Below, piece after piece: positions 49,187 through 56,728 of a stretch of DNA of 64,000 bases (the stretch's first letter is position 1; the number at the start of each line of letters is the position of its first letter). The notes under the pieces were generated by a model that searched no databases, was not told the origin of the DNA, and saw only the letters and a list, made by a program, of their open reading frames with translations. The stretch is from an uncultured Gemmataceae bacterium (GTDB taxonomy: Bacteria; Planctomycetota; Planctomycetia; Gemmatales; Gemmataceae): positions 736,001-800,000 of the forward strand of contig CAVVPN010000011.1 of NCBI GenBank assembly GCA_963750165.1. Direction: 5' to 3'. The translations under genes were made by a program, and so were the position numbers.

Positions 49187-50257
49187 ATGCATCTGCCAAG
49201 TACTCAATTCCAAGAATTGCACGATGCCATCCGTGACGCCTATACGGTGAATCGGTTGGAGCAGATGCTGTATACTCGGATGGGGAAGCGTTTGGACGAG
49301 ATTTCCCTCGACACCGACTTCAAAACCGTCGTCTTCAAGTTACTGCGCGACGCCGAGATGAACGGCTACGTCCTGCCCTTGATCGTTGCGGCCAGGCAAT
49401 CGAATCCCGGCAACGAGAAGCTGCAGGGGATCGCCCAGCAGTTCGGGTTGTCGGCGGCGTCCGCGGCGCTGGAGAAGAAGGTCCGGGCTGACCTCCCTTT
49501 TCTGGACATCGCCTTGTGGCGGCGTCGCCTGGGGGAGATCGAAACTCGTGTTTGCAAGGTGGAAGTCGGGACGGGATCAGGGACCGGTTTCCTCGTCGGG
49601 CCTGGCACCCTTATCACCAACTACCATGTCCTGAAGGGGGTGATCGAAGGAACGGTGAAGCCCGCCGATGTCGCCTTTCGTTTCGACTACAAGCGAAATG
49701 AAGACGGGAGCATGATCAACCTCGGCACGGTCTTTCGCATGCCCGCCAGCAACTGGTTGATTGATTCCAGTCCGTATAGTGATGTCGATCTGATGCCGGA
49801 ACCGGGAGCCATGCTCCCTGGCCTGGACCAACTGGATTACGCTTTGGTCCGCGTCGAGGGAGCGCCGGGGGACCTCCCGGTCAACCACTCGAAGGCGGAA
49901 CACGGCGCCCCCGTCCGGGGGTTTATCAAGGTTCCGGGTGCCGGGATCAAACTCGCCATCGACGCGCCGATATTCATCGTTCAGCACCCTGAGGGGGCCC
50001 AGTTGTCACTGGCACTGGACACGAAGGGAGTGACAGAGATAAACGCCAACAAAACCAGGGTTCACTATCGCACGAACACGGAGGGCGGCTCCTCCGGATC
50101 CCCCTGCTTCGACGTGAACTGGGATCTGGTGGCATTGCACCATAGCGGGGACCCGAAAGCCAACCCGCTGGCTCTGGCCCGCTGGAACCGCGGTATCCCC
50201 TTTGACCTTATCGTGCAACAGATCAGAGGTCGGGGGCAGGGGGCCGCGTTAGGGTAG
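49187..50257 (+). CDS. EAD1 + trypsin-like serine protease
   Basis: N-terminal EAD1-like (AIRDAY..LEQML..LDEI..VVFKLL..AE..G..LI.AAR..NPGNEKL); catalytic triad TNYHV, LDYAL, GSSGSP; AGGGAG RBS. Confidence 0.9.
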   Translation: MHLPSTQFQELHDAIRDAYTVNRLEQMLYTRMGKRLDEISLDTDFKTVVFKLLRDAEMNGYVLPLIVAARQSNPGNEKLQGIAQQFGLSAASAALEKKVRADLPFLDIALWRRRLGEIETRVCKVEVGTGSGTGFLVGPGTLITNYHVLKGVIEGTVKPADVAFRFDYKRNEDGSMINLGTVFRMPASNWLIDSSPYSDVDLMPEPGAMLPGLDQLDYALVRVEGAPGDLPVNHSKAEHGAPVRGFIKVPGAGIKLAIDAPIFIVQHPEGAQLSLALDTKGVTEINANKTRVHYRTNTEGGSSGSPCFDVNWDLVALHHSGDPKANPLALARWNRGIPFDLIVQQIRGRGQGAALG

Positions 50258-51291
50258 CACCCGTTCGACCTTAGCCATTCCACAGCGGATGCGAGGCGCG
50301 GCTTGCGTTCCGATCTGTCTGTACTTTTGCCAAAATCGACCCGTGAACGGTCAAGCGGTTTCGGCTGGTCAGTGCCCAGAGCGACAGACTCCAAAAAGTT
50401 GCTGACGGCACGAATTGAGCCTGCGGAGTTACATCAGTCCGGTCATACTCTTTCTGCGCCCGGGCCAGGGCGAGAGTAGCCGCAACAGCAGCGCCAGCAA
50501 CAGGGGCAGCGACCGCGGCGACGGCAGCGGCCGACGTCCCGACCTACGCGGTGCCCGTTCCCGCGACGCGACCGGACGCGCCGCGCCCGCCGCAGTCCGG
50601 CCCCGCTGGTGGCGGGCTCGGCCCGGCACCAGCAGCGCAGCGGGGGCCGGTCGCGGTGGGGTGGCGTCGGGAGGAGCGCAGCGGCCGGTCTGCTGAAGCG
50701 CCAGCTCAGCAGCCGGCCGCGGAGCGGGCCTGGGCGTTCGGGGCACACCGGGAAGCTGGGACGCGGCAGGACGCGCTACGCCCGCAGGATGCGGAGCAGG
50801 AACGCCGAGGTGCCGGGGCGTTTCACCCCGCCGTCAGCAAGAGCCTCCCCGGCGGTTGAGGGGGGCTGCCCGCCGAGGGCATCGTTCGCGCTGCACCGGC
50901 GGGGAAATCGCCGCCGCCACAGCTGCGAACACTGCACCGGGCAAGGGACAAAGGGACATGGCGGCACACCGGGCGGGGGCGGGGAGGGATGGCCGGGAGG
51001 AGCGCAGCGGCCCACGGCGAGCAATGCGGCGCGACGCCCCCTGGCAGTCCTCGGGCACGGCAAATGCGGCCAGGTGAGAAAAACGCGGCAAAACCGCCGG
51101 ACCACGCAAAAACGCCTCTTTCCCCTCCAGTTTTTCTTCTGATTACTGTACGAATGTCTAAGTGTTCGGGCAGCGGTTTGCGGTCTGTGCGGGTTGTCCT
51201 GGGACAATTGCAGGCGTGTGAGAGTGGATCAACCTGGGCTGAAACCGCTGCTACAGCCTCCAAAGTGGGCCGTAGCAGCGGGAAATGATCG

Positions 51292-51510
51292 TCAGGCGGC
51301 CGGCCTCGGCTCGTCATCGTCGGCGGCGGTGCCGGCGATGTCCTGGCTCAAGGCGGCGTGCAACTTCTGGTTGACGCTGGCCAGGGCGGCGCTTACCGCA
51401 TGACCTCCTTTGCCGCCCACGTGTTCGTGACCGGCAACCAGCTTGGACAGCTTGCCGAGGATGGAACGGGTGGCAGCGATCTGAGACGTAATCAAGGCTT
51501 TCACGGTCAT
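51292..51510 (-). CDS. Small helical hypothetical protein
   Basis: GGAGG directly upstream of ATG; co-oriented downstream of DUF3987. Confidence 0.55.
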   Translation of the reverse strand: MTVKALITSQIAATRSILGKLSKLVAGHEHVGGKGGHAVSAALASVNQKLHAALSQDIAGTAADDDEPRPAA

Positions 51511-51567
51511 CCTCCAAAAAGGGACAAAGGGACACAGGAGCGCCGGGTTTGGTCGTTCGTCGCTGGT

Positions 51568-51645
51568 CCCAGCGAAACCCGTCCCGGCGAAACCCCCAAA
51601 AAGCTCTGGAAAAGCGAGGGTTTCACCGGGAGGAGTTTCCCTGGG
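51568..51645. repeat. Iteron-like repeats, candidate replication origin of the element
   Basis: CCCAGCGAAACCC, CCCGGCGAAACCC, inverted GGGTTTCACCGGG and a degenerate fourth copy around an A-rich spacer. Confidence 0.55.
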
Positions 51646-53047
51646 AGGGGTGGATCATTTGCAACCGCCGAGTTGGGCGGCCCCCTTTGCTGGTCGCGGG
51701 AATCTGTTCCCAGGTGGCCTTGCCAGCATCGACCAGCCCCTGCAGGGCCGCGTCGGCGAGTTCAGCGGTCGGGTATCGTTCTTTCTGAAGGCTCTGAAGT
51801 TCGGCCGCGCGGATGCCGCCCCCGCGCTTTTGGATGTACTCCTCCAGGGACCAGGGTTTCTTGGCGGCGGCCGGCTGGGCGAGGAGGGCGTACAATCGCC
51901 GGGCCTCGGCGGCGAACCAGCGGCAGAGGGTGATGCCGGCCTCCACGCTTTCCAGGCCGACCGGGACCAGGTCAGACTGGTTGCGGGCCACTTGCCCGGC
52001 GACGTGGTGGACCAAGGCCAGGCGGGCGGCGGCCCCCTCGAACTTGGCCAGGGCCGCTTGCATGGGGCCGTCGGCGTTGATCTGCTCCCCGGCCCATTCG
52101 TTGTAGAACCGGGCCCAACTCGCCTGGGCCTCGTCGTCCAGCAACAAGGCGTGGGGTTGGCTCCCCTCGGCGTTGGGGTCGAAGTCGAGGTCGAGGAGCC
52201 GTTCCAGGAGCTGCTTGAAAGCGTTGCGGACCTCGGGGGCCACCACTGCTTTCGACCATTGCTTGCGTTGCGGGGGCGGCATGGCCATAAGGAGCCGGGC
52301 CGGCAAACCGGCTTCCAGGTTCTCCGGGGTCAATGCCCGTTGCAGGGTGCCAGGCTGAATGGTCCCGGTGACCGACACCACGGCGCGGCGGACGCGGATG
52401 TGGGGAGGCTTCGCCGCCTTCCGGTCCACTTTGATGCCCCGGCCGCCGTGGATTTCGAGCCAGCTGTGCAGGTCGCTGCCACGGCTCCGGTAGCGCTGGA
52501 AAGAGTCGAACCAGGTGGCCAGTTCGTCGCGCGCCAGCAGGAGGCCGCGGGGGTTTTTCTGCAACAGGACCGCCACCTGTTCGATGGTGATGTCGCCCAT
52601 GAGGACGCGCCGGGGGGCGGGCGGGTCGGTGTCGTCGTCCCCGGCCCGGCCGTGTTCCTGCTCGAATTGCTGGTACAAGGCGTCCTCGATCTCCGCCAGG
52701 CAGAGCAGCGACTGGTCGAGGGCCGGCGACTTGAGTTGGCCGCTATCAGCCACGGTCACCGCCCAGAGGATGGCCGGCTCCTGCCAACCTTCCTTGAGTT
52801 GGAGAACGCGCGTCGCCCCGATCGCCGAGGCGGTGACCGCCAGCATGGGGAGTGCCACCAGGGAGACGTCGCAGCCGAGCGCCCTGGCTGCCTGGACGGC
52901 AAAGGCGGCGAGGGGCTCGGGTAGGGCTTCGACGGGGAAGGGGCGATAGCCTGACGGCGCTGGAATCGGAATGCTGGTGATCGGCACGGCCCCGGTGTTG
53001 ACCGGGCTGGCCTTGAATTGGGGCCGAGTGATTGCTTTACTGGACAT
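51623..53047 (-). CDS. DUF3987/YfjI-family replication-associated P-loop protein
   Basis: PFPVEALP, ADSGQLKSP, DITIE, RDELATWF, GTIQP and ARLALV motifs. Confidence 0.88.
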   Translation of the reverse strand: MSSKAITRPQFKASPVNTGAVPITSIPIPAPSGYRPFPVEALPEPLAAFAVQAARALGCDVSLVALPMLAVTASAIGATRVLQLKEGWQEPAILWAVTVADSGQLKSPALDQSLLCLAEIEDALYQQFEQEHGRAGDDDTDPPAPRRVLMGDITIEQVAVLLQKNPRGLLLARDELATWFDSFQRYRSRGSDLHSWLEIHGGRGIKVDRKAAKPPHIRVRRAVVSVTGTIQPGTLQRALTPENLEAGLPARLLMAMPPPQRKQWSKAVVAPEVRNAFKQLLERLLDLDFDPNAEGSQPHALLLDDEAQASWARFYNEWAGEQINADGPMQAALAKFEGAAARLALVHHVAGQVARNQSDLVPVGLESVEAGITLCRWFAAEARRLYALLAQPAAAKKPWSLEEYIQKRGGGIRAAELQSLQKERYPTAELADAALQGLVDAGKATWEQIPATSKGGRPTRRLQMIHPSQGNSSR

Positions 53048-53105
53048 GGCGAATCCTCAATATGGCCGGCTGGGCGAGTAACGGCGCTCCACCGGCCGTT
53101 TCATT

Positions 53106-53369
53106 TCACCCCTGCGGCGAACAGTTCACGGCTTCCCCCTGGCCGTCAGCCGGGGCGGCGGTATCCGGATCGGGTTTGGCTTCGATCGTGGAGCGCAGCA
53201 CCAATGCCTCGACGGCCTTCCAGTTGATCCGGCGCGACCGGCCCAACTTCACGAAGGCCAGCTGGCCCCGGTCCATCATCAAATACAATTTGGCGACGGA
53301 AAGCCGCAGGTAGGCGGCCGCCTCTTTCACGGTGGCCAACCCACGTCCAACCATTTCCAGGGTTTCCAC
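53106..53369 (-). CDS. xis: Excisionase-family HTH protein
   Basis: LATVKEAAAYLRLSVAKLYLMMDRGQL..VKLGRSRRI; AAGGAG RBS before GTG. Confidence 0.88.
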   Translation of the reverse strand: METLEMVGRGLATVKEAAAYLRLSVAKLYLMMDRGQLAFVKLGRSRRINWKAVEALVLRSTIEAKPDPDTAAPADGQGEAVNCSPQG

Positions 53370-53415
53370 GGAATCTCCTTGTGTTTGTCAGAGTGCCCGG
53401 GTAGAATGGAGTCTA

Positions 53416-53437
53416 TTAGAGTCACAAAAGACTCTAA
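53416..53437. promoter_or_regulatory. Operator palindrome in the divergent xis/repressor switch
   Basis: TTAGAGTC-ACAAAA-GACTCTAA. Confidence 0.65.
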
Positions 53438-53506
53438 AAGAATCTTGGCAGCTGATGGGAACTGTGACAAGCCTGGAAAGGCAAGACGACGAGAAAGGAA
53501 GGAGAG

Positions 53507-53899
53507 ATGGGTAAGAAAAATCCGAAGGCAACGAAGGCGCGGAGCGGACAAATCACACTGCGGGTTTCCCCGGAACAGCATGGGGAGTTGGTCGCGATTG
53601 CGGATGGGCTGGGCCTCGATGTCAACGGGTTGCTCCGGCTGATGATCGGCAGGACCATTGAGCACTTCCGGCTGGAAGCGATGCTGTTGCAGGAACAAGG
53701 GCAAGAGAACCTGAACCTGCTCAACCTCTGGAAGCAAGATAATCCGGGCAAGCCGATTCGTGAGTTTTGGGACCACTACTGGACGTACTGGGCGGCCAAG
53801 CGCGGGAAACAGGCATGGGAGTCAGGCCGCGGCTTCAACTTTGAGACGGCCGAGCAGCTGGCCCGGCAAGCGGCCGGGGGAAAGGAAGGTGAATCATGA
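53507..53899 (+). CDS. RHH (HicB/Arc-like) DNA-binding protein, probable repressor
   Basis: SGQITLRVSPEQHGELVAIADGLGLDVNGLL; ATGA overlap with integrase. Confidence 0.75.
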   Translation: MGKKNPKATKARSGQITLRVSPEQHGELVAIADGLGLDVNGLLRLMIGRTIEHFRLEAMLLQEQGQENLNLLNLWKQDNPGKPIREFWDHYWTYWAAKRGKQAWESGRGFNFETAEQLARQAAGGKEGES

Positions 53900-55065
53900 G
53901 CAACCGCAAGCGGCGTGGGCGCGGCGAGGGGAGCATTGAGGTGCGCCCCAACGGCAAGTTTCGGGCGGTCGTCAGTGCCGGGAAAGACCCGGTCACCGGG
54001 AAGCGCGTGAAGATCAAACGCGATTTCGACACCAAGAGCGAAGCGCTCGCTTTCCGGGACGAGGCGCTGCGCCAGCTCCGGGCCGGCGTGGCGCCGACCA
54101 CGAACCGGGCCATCCTGTCGGACTGGCTCAAGCAATGGCTGGAGAAGGTCAAGCCGCAGCTGGCGACGCACAGTTACCTGGCCTACGAACGCGACGTGAA
54201 CAAGGCGCTGATTCCGCACCTGGGCAACCGGCTGTTGCGCAACCTGAACGCGCTGCAGATCGAAGCGGCCTATGCCAAGATGCAGGAAGCGGGCATCTCG
54301 GCCAAGATGGTTCGCAAGGCCGCGGTGACGCTCGGCGTGGCGCTGCAGTACGCGGTGAAACACAAATACCTGGCGATGAACCCGGCCCGGATCGCGGACA
54401 AGCCCCGGGTGCAGCAACGGGCCTCCACCGAGTTGCGGGTACTCGACCCGGATCAGGTCCGGCGCTTTCTCGACGAAGCGGCCGCGGATCGGTTCCACGC
54501 GCTGTTTGTGCTCTGGCTGGACAGCGGCGCCCGCGAGGGCGAGTTGTTCGCGTTGCACTGGCCCGACATCGATTGGAACGGGTCGGCGATCACGATTACC
54601 AAGGCCCTTGAGGAAGCCAAGGGGCGGCACCAGCTGAAAGAGCTGAAGACGGAGAAAAGCCGCCGGCGGATCATCATTGGCGCATATGCGCTCGACGCGC
54701 TCGCCGAGCACCGCAAGCGGATGCTGGCGGAAGGGCGGGACGTGCGAACGGGGCTCGTCTTCTGTGACAGCCAGGGCGGCTTTCTCCGGTCCAGCAACTT
54801 CCAGCGGCGACACTTCGACCAGATTCTTGCGCGTGCCGGGTTGCCGGACATTCGGCCCTACGATCTGCGGCACACCTGCGCCAGCCTGCTGTTGCTGGCG
54901 GGCGAGGATACGAAGGTCGTGAGCGAGCGGTTGGGGCACTCGACCACGCGCCTCACGCAGGACACCTATCAGCACGTGCTGCCAGGGATGCAGGCGCGGG
55001 CGGCGGCGAAAATCAACGCGATTCTGCAAGGAGCGGGGGCCGCTGCGGGCAAGAAGGCCGAATGA
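53896..55065 (+). CDS. int: Tyrosine integrase
   Basis: RGRGEGSI arm-binding N-terminus; SGAREGEL, LKT, YDLRHT, LGH and TYQH catalytic motifs; adjacent to attR. Confidence 0.96.
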   Translation: MSNRKRRGRGEGSIEVRPNGKFRAVVSAGKDPVTGKRVKIKRDFDTKSEALAFRDEALRQLRAGVAPTTNRAILSDWLKQWLEKVKPQLATHSYLAYERDVNKALIPHLGNRLLRNLNALQIEAAYAKMQEAGISAKMVRKAAVTLGVALQYAVKHKYLAMNPARIADKPRVQQRASTELRVLDPDQVRRFLDEAAADRFHALFVLWLDSGAREGELFALHWPDIDWNGSAITITKALEEAKGRHQLKELKTEKSRRRIIIGAYALDALAEHRKRMLAEGRDVRTGLVFCDSQGGFLRSSNFQRRHFDQILARAGLPDIRPYDLRHTCASLLLLAGEDTKVVSERLGHSTTRLTQDTYQHVLPGMQARAAAKINAILQGAGAAAGKKAE

Positions 55066-55208
55066 GATCAGCACTCCCGGGGGACAACCGGGGGACTAAC
55101 GGTCTGGAAAATGGTAAAAATGTGTAGATGATGCTGGAACAGTGATTGCTGCAAGTGTCACATTTGCAATGCGTTATAGAAAACCGTGGAAGGTGATAGA
55201 ATGTTCAG

Positions 55209-55258
55209 GAAGGACTGAAAATCCTTAGGTCGCCGGTTCGATCCCGGCTCTGTCCACT
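55209..55258 (+). repeat. attR, duplicate of tRNA-Phe 3' 50 bp
   Basis: GAAGGACTGAAAATCCTTAGGTCGCCGGTTCGATCCCGGCTCTGTCCACT identical to 42937-42986. Confidence 0.96.
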
Positions 55259-56087
55259 TTGGAATGACACAAGTCAAATATTATCAATAGTTTATGATGA
55301 TACCAATCGGTGTTAATTTGTTCATATTTTTACGGTGCCAGTATCCATTGATAGGATTCCGCCCAAAAATGGGCCTATGGTGATTCCCTGTAAGCGTTTT
55401 TTCCGCAAAAAGTCCCGCAATCCGCTCGGCCAATCCTCCGTAGATTCTTCGCTCACCGGCCAATCAGGACGCACCGTCCGAGGGTTAGCAGGTACTACAC
55501 GCGTTTTTTCGGGCCGCTCGTCACGCTCAAGCCGAGGCGTTAGGTTTGAGAACCTGCATCGGCGTGTCGGCCCGCCGCAGGTTGAGCAGTCCGGCTGGCG
55601 CGCATCGGTGGTTAGGACCGGAGTGCGCAACGTTGTTGTGCTATCGATCAAGCCTTGGGGGGCAAGGAAAACCAACTTCCCAGGTTTCGCCGTGCGGCGC
55701 CGCGGCGCGCAGGGCGGCGCCACGTACGGGTGGTTCCGCGCGCCGGAGTTGGCGGTGACGAGTGAAGACTGGGAGTGTCAGGCGCTACCGTTGGGAAGCA
55801 AGGCCGTCAAGACCGCCAACTTTTTGCGCGAGCCCAGGCCTGGCGGCCTTGCCCCCCTCCCCGGACCCTGCCTGGCACGCCGGGGCGCTCCCCCAGGCCC
55901 TCCGGGGGCACCGCACCAGCACCCCGCCACCGCGGCTTCGGGCCAAGGTTCGTGGGCCAGGACGCGCCAGGAATCCTGGGCAGTGGTGGTTCGGGGCCTC
56001 CTTTGCAAGATTTAAAGCCTTTGATTGATGGCCGTGCGGCGAATAGCATAGCGCGGATGCCTCGTGAAAGCCGGAGGGCCCCGGTCG

Positions 56088-56663
56088 ATGAACGACGTCA
56101 CCCGCATCCTGTCGGCCATCGAGAACGGCGACTTGCACGACGCCGACCAACTGCTCCCGCTCGTCTACGACGAGCTGCGCCGGCTGGCGGCGCACCGGTT
56201 GGCCCAGGAGAAGCCCGGCCAGACCCTGCAGCCCACGGCACTGGTTCACGAGGCGTACCTGCGCCTGGTGGATGTGGAGCAGGCCCAGCACTTCAACAGC
56301 CGCGGCCACTTCTTCGCCGCCGCCGCGGAGGCCATGCGCCGCATCCTCGTCGAACAGGCCCGCCGCAAGGGCCGGCACAAGCACGGCGGCGGACGGCAGC
56401 GCGTCCCCCTGGAACCCGCCCAGCCGGCCCAACGCGACGAGGCCGCCGAACTCCTCGCCATCCATGACGCCCTGGACAAACTCGCCGCCGAGGACCCGCA
56501 GGCCGCGCAACTCGTCCAGTTGCGCTACTTCGCCGGCCTCTCCGTCGAGGAAGCGGCCGAGAGCCTGGGCCTGCCCCGTTCCACCGCTTACGTCCACTGG
56601 TCCTACGCCCGGGCCAGCCTGCGCGTCTTGCTCGACAACGACCCGGACGGACTCCCCTCCTGA
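56088..56663 (+). CDS. Planctomycete-type ECF sigma factor
   Basis: MNDVTRIL, LLPLVYDELRRLAA, TLQPTALVHEAYLRL and LRYFAGLS motifs. Confidence 0.93.
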   Translation: MNDVTRILSAIENGDLHDADQLLPLVYDELRRLAAHRLAQEKPGQTLQPTALVHEAYLRLVDVEQAQHFNSRGHFFAAAAEAMRRILVEQARRKGRHKHGGGRQRVPLEPAQPAQRDEAAELLAIHDALDKLAAEDPQAAQLVQLRYFAGLSVEEAAESLGLPRSTAYVHWSYARASLRVLLDNDPDGLPS

Positions 56664-56728
56664 GATTTTTTGGACAATTCGGCGCCAGTAGTCGCACTGT
56701 GAGGTGACGCCCCGGAGGTAATTCCGCC

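Larger units (their letters stand above)
42937..55258. mobile_element. ~12.3 kb tyrosine-integrase element (satellite/IME-like) integrated in tRNA-Phe
   Basis: Identical 50-bp repeats of the tRNA 3' part at 42937-42986 and 55209-55258; integrase, excisionase, RHH repressor and DUF3987 gene inside. Confidence 0.93.

Noticed and set aside
50429..50748. Cys-rich or hydrophobic small ORFs (possible RiPP/toxin)
   Set aside because: No RBS, low-complexity GC-rich sequence, no modifying enzymes nearby.
53507..53899. HicAB toxin-antitoxin
   Set aside because: Only the RHH domain is present, with no HicA partner; position fits a repressor.
42937..55258. Prophage or ICE
   Set aside because: No recognisable capsid, terminase, tail, lysis, relaxase or T4SS genes.
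55209..55258. Second tRNA-Phe gene
   Set aside because: Lacks the 5' acceptor strand and D arm; it is the att duplicate.
55300..56060. Overlapping ORFs after attR
   Set aside because: No recognisable motifs; Arg/Pro/Gly-rich composition typical of non-coding high-GC DNA.
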